From positions 374,731 through 438,730 of the forward strand of contig RHPI01001616.1 in assembly GCA_009103225.1 (NCBI GenBank): a stretch of DNA of 64,000 nucleotides, in the 5' to 3' direction. Under the pieces are notes generated by a model. It was given only the letters and a program-made list of their open reading frames with translations, ran no database searches and was not told the DNA's origin. Position numbers and translations under genes: made by a program. Shown piece by piece: positions 1-11,100 of this stretch. The stretch is from Chlorokybus atmophyticus. Its lineage: Eukaryota > Plantae > Mesostigma and Chlorokybus algae. The first letter of the stretch is position 1, and every line of letters begins with the position of its first letter.

Positions 1-2179
1 CTGCGCGCCACCATGATGGCATGGGTAGATTATCTAGTCATGCCATGAACCACCACCACCATAATGGTAGTGGTTGTTCCACTTTTAAATGAGCAACACA
101 TATACCAAATGCCCTAACCACCACATGTGCGTCTTCTTTGTACTAATGCATGTGCTTAATGCAGCACATGAATATACTACTCTGTATACGGTATAGAATT
201 GAAAAAACACAAGTGAACCAAGTAGCAAACTAATCGAGCAGCAGCTAAGGCCCAAGTCACATCACAACGACTAGATATGAACTTAGGCTAAGGGGCTGGG
301 CTAAGTGCTATGCAAGGTGTAAGGGGTTGGTGCTGGCTGGCGAAAGCTCCCAGTATATCTGGGGAAAGCAGGGTAGGCGCAAGGAGGAAATGGGGAGAAG
401 CAGAGGCAGAAGTTAGCAGGCAACATAGCCATGACGCTGATGTTGATGCTGACAATGCCGACAATGCTGCTACACCCCCGCCTCCACAGCCGTCACAGCC
501 CATCTTCTACCCCTGTAACGGGTAGAACAGCCAACGCAAACGGCTACACTCGTTATTAATTGGGGTTACCAGCAGTGCACATTGGATTTGGCATGTATAA
601 CACCAACGCCCGTATCGTACATACTTGCGAACATGCTACTTGTATAGGCTTGCAAACGAATGCCTACAGTGAGGGTTAGCTGTCATATTCATATGAAACG
701 GCTGTGAGCGTGCACACTAAGATATGCGTGCCATTCAAACACACACGCAGCTTGTGTGTTGATGGCCGAGCAGGCATGTGTATGCGCGTTTTTATGTGAC
801 TCACACCTTGAAATTTGCTCACGCACATTCATGTCTGGTTGGGCTGATTGGCTTGTGCATGCGTGCGCGCACGTGCGGGGTGCATAAAGGAGTGTAGGTG
901 AGCCTCCCTCAACACACAACACATATGAACTCGCACATTAAGCGCACCACATGCAAGTTACTCTATGGAGTAACTTGCATTATTATCACAAGGTGCGTGA
1001 GCATCTTGTCAACGCTTGTGTGCATGCTATGTTTGCGCATGCATGTACGCGTGTACATCAAATGCAGGACATGCATGCGCATGCACAACGTGTAGTCCAG
1101 TCAGCATGCAGCAACACATGCAAGGTGTCGTACAAATGACATTTAGTTGACCACCGGGCTACTACTAGCATGCTAATCTACTGCCTCTACCCCGTTAGAC
1201 ATGCAGCAGTCAATATGCAGTTGGTTAGTCACCTGCCCACATGGGCGTTGGTTAGTTGTTGGCGCTTTTGGTCACGCAGACAGCATGCAAATTGGCGACC
1301 AGGACTCCCCCTCCCTCTCTCCCTGGCTCCGCCGCCTTCCTTGCCCTCTGCAAGCGACGCAGCAGGGTTTGCTGGGTTGTGTCGTAGTTGCGTTGCACTG
1401 CCGACGTCAGCAGTGCCTGGTCCAGTGCCCCCTCCGCACAGGTTGTGCTGTGTTCGGTTCGGGTGCTGGGCTGGTTAGGTGCTGGTTGGGGTTGGGTGGT
1501 GGGGTTGGGTCTAGTGTGCTAAGGGTGAGTGGTGGCTATGCACAAATAATAGTAAAGGAGTTTGTGTGCCGCATACAAACTCCTTTACCGTAACGTGCTT
1601 GTAAGCAACATGGCCTATTGCGTACAAGCACATGATGGCACGTACTCGGTGTCACAGTGGGCATATCCAACCTTCACCAAGTATACAGCCGCTTTACTCC
1701 ACATATGAACATATGAGCGTCGTCGTCACCTGAAAGAGCTCGCCATCGAAGAGTGTCCCTCTTACATGTACATATACAGAGTCTTGCGTACATACATACA
1801 CCCACCTCAGCTGCGTAGTGCAAAAATAATGTCTCTGCTGCATAATAATGCTACCTCTCGGCTACTACTTATTGCTCTTTGCTATATATACTACACAGTC
1901 TGCACACATCAAAATTATAGCTCACACATTGATTCTGCCTTGGATGATTGCAGGTTGTTCACACTCCTTGATACTAGTGAACAGAGGAACATCCGCTGTA
2001 CCAACAGCAGACTGTCACTGCCACATCGTTATACCATCGCTATACATCCACCTTTCTTCCTCTTCAGCAAGCCTGGTTGATCGGCACGATAACACCCCGC
2101 ACAACAACACACCTGCAACATCAACAAACACCAGATCACACCCCCACCCACCCCAACACACACGTCCATCATCTCATAC

Positions 2180-2904
2180 TTGTGTGTGTTGGCGTTGAAC
2201 GTGTTCTTCCCGCAGCACTTTGTGTTGGCGCCGTTGCGTATGCCTGTGGCGCTCCCCGCGCAGCAGACGTGCGTGGCGCGAGGGGTTGAACGCGTTGGCG
2301 CTGCAGCAGCGAGACTTGCCGCTGACGAGCGGCTTAAGCTAGCCCTTGTGTCCTGGAGAAGAGGAGTGATACTTGTGTGCGCGTGTGTGGTGGTGGTGCG
2401 TGGGTGGGGGGCTCTGCGTATGCGTGTGCCAGTGCGTGCACAACTGCACGCACATGTACATGTTGATGTGTATGTGCGTGTGCTCGGGTGCTTGCTTGCT
2501 TGCGTGTGTGCGTGCGTGTGCGTGTGCGTGTGTGGTGCACACTTTCAGAGGTCTATTTTGGAATCATACTTCTGCTGGCCGCAGCATTGTGTCTTTATTC
2601 CTCCGGTGGGCAGAACCACCCCATCGCAGCACACCTGAACGCAGCAGGAACCAAGTCACTCCAACGTATTCTCCCTCACGCAGACACGCATTTGCACAGG
2701 CACACACTTGCATCACTGAAGTACTGCTAGTGGGTGGGTGAGAAATATTCTTATCTATGTGCATCATGCAGAAGTGCTAATCTCTTCATGCAGTGCAATC
2801 TGTCAACGGCTTCTTGTGTGTACCTCAGTTTTTTTGTCATAAGGCTGCGCGCCGCAGCAGTGGTCTTTCCCACCTGCTCGAGACTGCAAAGCCCCCCTGG
2901 CAGC

Positions 2905-2941
<37 letters not shown>

Positions 2942-4975
2942 CCCCATGCCATGAGCGCATACATACGCTCATACCACGCACATGCATGCGCGCACATGCA
3001 CGCACCCCACGCAGGCATGCACACATGCAAGCACACGCGCAAGTGCGTGCACACGCACACACCTCATGCGTGCGACTGCACACGGGAACACCCTCACACC
3101 TCATCAGTTGGGTTGTAGATGAGTTTGCCGCAGCATCGGTTCTTGCCTCCGGGATCGATTGGCAGAGGGGTCAGTTGGCAGCCTACATATCAAAAGTCGT
3201 GTGAGTTGGGTCAGTAAGGTGCATGGTTCAGATGCATATGTGTACAAGGATTGGGGCAACGTACAAAGTCCTCTTGTTGGGTTGATGGCGGTGGCCCCGC
3301 AGCGAGGTCTTGCCGCCAGCATTGGATTTTACAACATCCTTGCAGCAGATCTGGTGGTATGTACAAAAGTGTGAGCCGCATACACACTTGTGTGAGCGCG
3401 CGCCCACACCCGAACGCACACGAACAGGCAGATACACGTGCATGCGCATACGCACCTGGACACACATGCACATGCCCATGCACCCGCAGACCCCACACAA
3501 TACGCCATCAAGTTGACCTCAGTGTTTGGGTGGTTGTTCTTGTCAGCACAGAACTTGCTTTTGCCACCCACGGTGTCAACAATCGTTCCCTTGCAACCTG
3601 AGACTTAAAGCACAACAATTACACACACCCACCGAATGCACACATGTCACACAACAGCAATGCCGAACCCAAACCCAATCCCAACATGAGAGGACACATG
3701 TTGGCATACATATCTGCGTTGCGGGCTCAAACACGCCTGCGCAACACTTTGTCCCCTGGGCTCTGGGAAATAGCTTCCCCGCGCAACATATCTGCAGCAA
3801 AGAGTGTGAGTGAGTGGGTGGGTGAGAAAGAGTACAACAGTTCAAATGGACTTAACCTCATCGTTGGGGTTGTAGTTGACTCGTCCGCAGCGGGAGCGCT
3901 TGTTGCCGGGGTTGATAGCCAGCACATCGTTGTTGCAGCACCTGATGAAGGCAGCCATTGTGAGGAAACTGCCCATATGCACACGCACACATGCACCCCA
4001 CCACGCGCGCACACGCATGCATGCATGCGCACGTGTATGCACAAGTGCGCGCTTACACGTAGTCGCACACGTCCACATACGCGTGCGTGCACACCCACCC
4101 ACACACGCCTGCGCATACGCACTCGCACGGGTGCATGCGTACGCGCACACGCACGCATAGATGCACCCACCCACCCACCCACTCCCACCCCCACCCCCAC
4201 CCCCACCCTCACCCACCCACCTCCTTGGCAGGGTCGTACTCCACACCCCCGCACTTGGGCGGTGCGGGCGCCGGCGCAGGCGCAGGAGACGCCTCAGGAG
4301 GAGAAGGAGAAGGAGAAGGAGAGGGAGAAGGAGGAAAAGACTGAGGTGGATGTGGACCAGGCGAAGGATATGGACTCGGTTCAGGTGGTTTTGGTGCAGG
4401 GTTATGGCAGCGGTGCTGGGCTGGGGGACAGTGCTGCGGCGGAGTGGTGGGGGAATGCTGTCGACGAGGGCGAAGAGGAGGAAGAATGGGAAGAGTGGGG
4501 AGGGGGTGGAGGGCTTGCAAAGGCTGTGGAGGGCTGCAATGTGCATGAGTGGAATGGTCAGGTGGCGTGTTATTTAGTGCAGTGGGGTGGGGTGAGAAGT
4601 GCTGCTTGCACAGCATGCAAGACTGCAAGGAGCATGCACAAAGGGGGACGTGGAGCACGTGGAGGTGTTAGTGGTGAGAAAGCCAGGAAAACATGCATGG
4701 GTATTGGCGCTGAGGTTGAGACAGCCTGCCTGCCTCACTTACAAGGCATCAACACACCAGTTGAAGCACATTCTGTTCGACATAGCACTCACCCATTACG
4801 ACCCGGTGCTCTCCCTCTCCCTCGCCCTCTGACAACCACCTACAACAGCTACTAAGTACACCCCCTTTGCCCCCCAGCTTTTGTCTCAGACTCTGTCACC
4901 AACCACCACCACTACGACCACCACCGCCTTAGCAAGCAGCAACAGCACGCCTGGTCAAGAAACCACAAAATGCAT
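2180..4975 (-). pseudogene. Secreted Pro-rich (SP/AP repeat) protein with galaxin-like di-cysteine repeats; apparently disrupted
   Basis: Minus-strand exons read PPSPSPSPSPSPPEASPAPAPAPAPPKCGGVEYDPAKE, CCNNDVLAINPGNKRSRCGRVNYNPNDE, ICCAGKLFPRAQGTKCCAGVFEPATQIC, CCKGTIVDTVGGKSKFC, CCQLTPLPIDPGGKNRCCGKLIYNPTDE, VCCDGVVLPTGGIKTQCCGQQK and HVCCAGSATGIRNGANTKCCGKNTFN, mostly bounded by GT-AG. Apparent frameshifts near 3302-3307 and 2278-2283, and an in-frame TGA in the putative signal peptide (~4955). The 3' end was not resolved. Confidence 0.55.
2906..2941 (+). repeat. (CAA)12 microsatellite
   Basis: Direct reading; lies in an intron of the galaxin-like gene. Confidence 0.95.
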
Positions 4976-5041
4976 GGCACTGCGCGGACAAGAGTAGGGA
5001 CAACGCTGGGCACGGACCCCGCGCAAAAGGACCACGGGCGC

Positions 5042-5491
5042 TCAGTGAGATCTCGCTGAAGCATGCGCTTGCTCGTATCGCGGGGGGGGGGTAGAAACTC
5101 CTCCTCCTCGGTTATCTCTCATGGCTACAGGAGGAAATGGCTGATTCGGGTTCTGGCTCGCTGCCCCACTCCCTGAAACAGCCAAAATCCCCGGCCTGTC
5201 GGGGAGTCTATTGCTCTCGGGTGACGCAAGGAGTAGCCGCGTGTGGCGCTGCCGGGGAGCTCCAATCGAGAACGTCCAGAGGCCGCTGTCACCGTTCGTG
5301 ATTGGAGCACCACAATCTGATAGCAAAGGGAAGCTCCCCAGGGCACCAGCGAGGTTGAGAGTCGCTGCAAAACATTGCCTGGCGGCCAGGGGTTTCGGCT
5401 GGCGGTGAAAGGACGGAAAACAGCGGTTGCATGCAGGGGCTGGGGCTCCTCGAAGGAGCCAACTTGGCCACATTGGCAATGTGGCCAAGTT
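5042..5491. other. GC-rich block dense in short inverted repeats (possible structured RNA or element terminus)
   Basis: Stems seen: GGGGAGCT 5254-5261 / AGCTCCCC 5332-5339; GCTCCAATC 5259-5267 / GATTGGAGC 5300-5308; CAGCGA 5347-5352 / TCGCTG 5362-5367; CCTGG 5378-5382 / CCAGG 5386-5390; GGCTCCT-cga-AGGAGCC 5444-5460; AACTTGGCCACATT-ggc-AATGTGGCCAAGTT 5461-5491. Confidence 0.5.
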
Positions 5492-5881
5492 GCTTTTCGC
5501 TTATAAACTCGTCACTCGTGGTGAGATTTGTACGGCCCTAGAACGCCAATTTTCATCAATCATGTCTGGATTGTAAGTCACTCGAGCCACGATGCAGCAA
5601 ACTTATGCTCTCAAGCCGAGTACCATTGTTTTATTCAAGTAACATTTGCAATTTCAATGTTATCATGGTTGAGAAATGCCAACATCCACTACCGTCCCAA
5701 CCTCAATAAGTGCATACCATCGAGAACGGGCATTTGTATGCACTTATCGCGTTTATGCACCCGCTTCAGGTGCATATATTATGAACTCTTATTTGCCAAG
5801 AGTGCATAATTCATGCATGTATACAACAATTTTTACATTAAGTTACGTGATCACACATACGATCGTAATTGAAAAACAGTG

Positions 5882-5953
5882 ATCAAGGTAGAGTACGCTT
5901 TGGTTACAGTTGCATTATAATGCAACTGTAACCAAAGCGTACTCTACCTTGAT
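5882..5953. repeat. Perfect 72-bp palindrome with no spacer
   Basis: ATCAAGGTAGAGTACGCTTTGGTTACAGTTGCATTA is followed directly by its exact reverse complement TAATGCAACTGTAACCAAAGCGTACTCTACCTTGAT. Confidence 0.97.
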
Positions 5954-7354
5954 AAGTGCATAGACACATCAAAGGTGAAGCATCTTGTGGGATGCATTTA
6001 TGATGAGCTGCAGATGCTCGTAACGCACAGATGTTTGCCTTGAAAACGTCAGTGACGACCAAATTTGTGCACTAAACGCGGATATGCACTTATTGAATGT
6101 AGAGCGTAATGCAAAATGAAAGAGATTGATAATGCATGTACACATGCCACACTTTTAAACTTTAATGAAATTGTGCTTTCGCTCAAGCCTTACAATGGAA
6201 ATGTAACTCCACATACAAACGCTTACATGCGTATGCACATTTGGTATGTAATAACACTTTATATGGGTATAATGATACTTCATATGGCCATATAACACTC
6301 TGTAAGGTTCAATTGCCGGGCTATAAATGCTTCACACTCGTATTCATCTTAATTAGGTTTAAGTGGAATAAGATGAAGTGTTTGCGGTGCTTAATGGCTT
6401 ATGATTAACACATGTCAACTGCAACTGCAAGTGAAAAATCTAAAGCACACTACTTCATGCTCATTGAAAATATTCGATATGATGCGTGCAGCCACGACAG
6501 TGAAAGCCATGTAGTTGTTGCGTATATGCATTACACGCAATAGAATACACTACACAACAGCTCATAATGCGACTTGCTACACTCATTGCATGCAAAGCGC
6601 GTGATGTGTGAATGTTGTTATAAACATAATTAAAAGGCTATGAAACGTTACGCTATGCAATGCGTAAGATTGCTCATTCTTGTTGCGTTGCTATGACTTT
6701 GCTATGGCAAAATACGTGGCTTGATATGTACACACTGACTGCAACACCGTGCAAGACTAACTAGCTGCACATGCGTGCAGGTAAAATCTGTGACTGTCAC
6801 TTGCCATGCATGCACTGCATGTGGTCTAACGGGGTAATAGTAGTAAGTACGTAGGAGAGTAGATAGCCCGGTGGTGTGAAGTGTAAACATAAATGCGGTG
6901 TGCTGAGTGAGTATGTGGGTGTTTGCTATGCATGCTGTGTGCTGTGCATGCGCGTGATGCAGCTTGCATCTTTTGTACACTACAATCATGTAACACTACT
7001 TGAAATGGCATACCTTCGTGTAATGGGTTGCACACTCGATTATCAATGCATTGCTTAGGCTCCACTTCCAATGGCTGATCTCACACATGCCCCATGTGAG
7101 TACCTGTCCAGCCAATGTAAACCTGTTGCATGCATACGCCATGCCCAGATTTCTACAGTTGAAATGGTTGAGGCACACTTTGACAAGTATGATGCACTAG
7201 CATCGCAACATTAATAGGAACACACGCATGCAGACACGCATGTGTTCCAGGGCGTGGACAACACAATTATTATCCTACAACCTCAACGCACAAGCATACA
7301 ATAACAGCCGCATTGGTTCCACCACATGTGGTGGCCAAACTGGCTGACTATGTT

Positions 7355-8109
7355 CTACACTATTGCAGCGAGCCGTGCACTCATAGTGTCCAGCGCAGTA
7401 GCAGGGCACTGATGGCAACTACACGGGAGAACGTTTCTGTACAATGTATAGCAACTAACTTGGGAGGGGTTTCCAACACCTGTACACCTGCATATGGCAA
7501 CCACAGCCAGCGGTGCGATGTGTGCGTGAGCACAGAAACTGGGAAAACACGCGGTGGTTGGGGCATTACCTTCATATACTGCTATGCATGATTCAACAAA
7601 AATAACACCAAGTGTTCAAGTCGCACAGCTGGACCATAGCAGACACACCTCTTTGCAGCAAAGGTATCCTCCATAAAAACGTCTTTCTGACCACAGGTGA
7701 GCACGCAAGCGGTATGTCAGTGCTACCGCCATACACCAACATAACCACAGGCAGAAGAACACGCATACCTTGAAGATAGCGGCAGCAAGGCTATTGCACC
7801 TGCCACCAACGCATACATCACAACCCTCACAGCAAACAATGACACCAGCAACAGCAACATAGGCAATCGTGGAGCGCCATCAAGACCAGACGTCTGGCTT
7901 GACAGCACAACTAACGACGGTGGGGAGAAGACACACAGCAAGTTTCAACATGACAAGGACACAGGAAAATATATGGACCCCAACACCTGTAACCCACTGC
8001 TGTTAGTACACCTGTCCTTTGGAAAGGCAGGTGCAGTAGTATACAAATATACAGCACCAGTAGATGCAGGGTACTTACCTGGAGTAACTGACAGACTGTC
8101 AACCAGCAT
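7355..8109 (-). CDS. Small spliced ORF (~104 aa) encoding a putative membrane protein of unknown family
   Basis: Six exons (8109-8079, 7910-7769, 7686-7649, 7581-7570, 7487-7460, 7418-7355) joined at GT-AG sites keep one frame open: MLVDSLSVTPVVLSSQTSGLDGAPRLPMLLLLVSLFAVRVVMYALVAGAIALLPLSSRKTFLWRIPLLQRAVYEGVQVLETPPNCHQCPATALDTMSARLAAIV. First exon and 3' end are uncertain. Confidence 0.4.
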
Positions 8110-8115
8110 TTCGTC

Positions 8116-11100
8116 TCAGCGCCCGGCGGAAGCGCCTGCCTGCGCTTCACCCGCAGCAGTCTGAACTCCAATATCCAATTGCTGCCGCAGCTTGACGGAA
8201 AAGGGATACAGCTTGAGGCCTTGCTTGCAAGTAGCGAGAGACACATCCGTTGCTTCAATCGCCAGGCAGTACTGAGCCACCTCTTCCCATGCTGCGTCTC
8301 CGGCCGTCTGCTTGGCATGCAAGAGGCTCTCATATGTGAGTCGCAGCGCCCATACACAGGCTGGAAGATGCTCCTGTCGCATGCCCTTTGCAGCTGGCGC
8401 GAATACCTTCTTACAGGCGCTAAGCGCAATGGACACTTCACTCGGCATCAACAGCAAAGCAGCTTCGATAGCTTCCACCCAGATGCTTGTGTTCTGTACA
8501 AAGATGGGGGTCTCTTTCAACAGCTGAAGCAACACTTTTGTCCAACCATTGCAGTCCATCAGAGCTGGAGGAGTGCAAACGTCTAGGAGGTGTTTATCGT
8601 CAAAGCCTTGCAGTGGTTGAGCGAGCGGCTGGAGCATGCGGACATCAGGTGCTATCAGGTCGCAAAGCGTGGAGACCACAGACATTGGGCTGCTTGATAG
8701 TTGCAGCAATGCCAGGTACTCCTTAGCTACGCGTTGTCTTGCACTTGAAGAGTTTGCCGCCTTAATCGCCTCATGCATGGCTGCCAGTGCCGCTTCTGCA
8801 TTGCTGTCCAGCATATGAAGACAAGCAAGGTTGATGTGCCGATAAGCTTCATCATCACCAAATACCCGTACGCGGCTGCTCACAAAGTTATACACTTGCA
8901 GTAAGCGGGCAAGTGAGTCTCTTGGGGAAGCTGTCACATGCTCTTGGCTGGGTGTGAAGCCTTGCATGCGCGACGCTTTTTGCGGTTTTAACATTAGTAG
9001 CAAAGCGTCCACTGCTGCTGCCGCTGAAGATTGATCTTGCAAGCAGAGAGCAAGAAAGTCACTGATGGATTTGTGGAAGCCAGCAGTTTGCTGACCCTTT
9101 ACAGCCGCAAGCAGTGCCTTGTGCACAACAGCTGCAACCTCTGTCAAGCCGGATGTTGCTGAAAGCAGGGTGAGGTGCAAGCGCAGCAGCTGGCAACTGG
9201 TTGGATAGCGAGCTACGAGCACACTGCTGGTCTTGACAGCAACTTGAGCACCGCTCATTGCGTGCGTCCAGAGCACTGCATTAGCTGCAAAGCATTCGCG
9301 AGCTTCCACAATGTCGTTCTGTGTTGATACCGAGCCTCCGGCTTCGCTGTAGACGCCCATGCAGCCTTGCCAACCTCTGCTGGCAGCTGTGAACAAGCGC
9401 TCTACAAGAGCTCCCTGCGTTGCGTCCCAGTTCTCGGACTTGTCTACAGCCGGCCAATCTATGACCAACAAGTCTTGTTGGTAACCCAAACGCTTCGCAA
9501 CTTGCTGTGGAAGAGCACCCTGCACCACGGTGTGCGCAGCAGCCAGCCACAACACGCACACATCTCTTGGATGCAATGCAGTGAGCAGCCCGATCAGTGC
9601 GTGTGGCTCTGCAGGGACTGCTGCTAGATTGGGGTCTTGCACTTGCTGTGGTGATGGATTGTACGCAGCAGGGCGCGAATCTGGCGGTGTTTCAGCCAGC
9701 GAGACGAGCTCATTCACCCAAACCAAAGCCAGCTCAGACTGGCCGGCCATGCTTAATGCAGCCAACAAACGGAGCGCAATGTCGAGAAGACAGGCACTCT
9801 TGTGTTGCCAGGAGTCTAGCCCCGCTGCTAGCGCCCTAGACGAAGAGGAATCTGTATCACTGGGACGATGACCATTGCCGGTGCTGAGCAGCACGGATGC
9901 TGAGAGCCACACCATCGCGCGGTAGCTAATGTCCTGAAGCATGCTGACGCTCTCCGCATTGCTGATGACAAAGCACCACAGCTCGTATGAAAACCTGCAG
10001 TACTGCACCTGCACGACATTGCCAGCTGAAAGCACTAGCCAGCTATAAACCAAGCTGTAAGTGAGACTACAGAGCAGCTTGGCGCATGCAGCATGATCAC
10101 ACACTCACCCCGTAGCCAAGCATTTCAGCCGCCTCTGTCGCATCTTGCCGCTTGCAGAAAAGATGGAGGTACACCCACCATATGGCCACATTCTGAGGTG
10201 CAATGTCTAATGCCTTGGCCAGTGCTTTGAGGGCCTGCACACAAGTGAAGTGCTGTAATGTGACAAATGTGATCAATCAACCAGACAACGCAATCCATGA
10301 CTGATACCTCTTCTTGTGCTTGCTTGCTTGCATGCACAGGGTTGTAATGCAAGTAGCACTTGACAGCTAATGCCACCCAGGCCTCGCAATCGGTTGGATT
10401 GTCTTGAATGTGTGTCTGCCAGATGATGTCAATGTCAGCAACTTCAATCAACATCAACACAGCGCATGCGCACTAGTAAAATTCTCAATACCTCCAGGGC
10501 TGCCACCTCATCTTCATCAGTGCCAGTTCGCTCAGCATGCTGCATGTCAGTAGGAGACGGAGCTGGGGAACCTGTGTTGTAATAGCGCTGATCACGGTTG
10601 GCTGCGAGCCGTGCAGAGTTATCAGCACGCACGTGAGGGTTGGGCGATGAGCCCACTGAAGGAAGCACCCAGCTACTCGCTGCAGCAGTGTCTCCAAAGT
10701 CGAACCAATAGTCCGACAATGTGCTGAATGCAGTCTCATGATGGTTGAGCAGATAGTACTTGGGAACCTCTTCTCCCAGCAAACCATCCATGCCTACCTC
10801 CGCATCCAACATTTTGACACGGAACCCTGCAGAGTGATGAGTTGAGGGACAGGTGATCACAGCTGCGTGGGTGAGCTAAAACCACACAGCCAGATAAAGC
10901 TGCCGGCCAAGGAGGTTGCTGACCGAAAATGCACAGTAGACACTTACCTACCCGCCGTCCGAAAACTACCATATTAAGAGACTTCTCGCTATCAAGAAGC
11001 CTTTCCAGCTCCTGTATTGAGCGTGCCTTGCTGACTTGCTTCCCCTTGACATGCTCGCGAGCTGCATCTAGGAGATTGTTCAAGTCCTACAGCCAGTATC

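Noticed and set aside
288-2100. Short ORFs at the window start
   Set aside because: No recognisable motif or consistent exon chain could be built.
3644-4855. 403-aa plus-strand ORF
   Set aside because: Made of CA-repeat translation (H/T/R/A) and the antisense of the Pro-rich exon; splice signals and Cys motifs are on the minus strand.
5244-5258. TGGCGCTGCCGGGGA resembling an LTR-retrotransposon primer-binding site
   Set aside because: No preceding LTR ending in CA, no second LTR and no gag/pol ORF.
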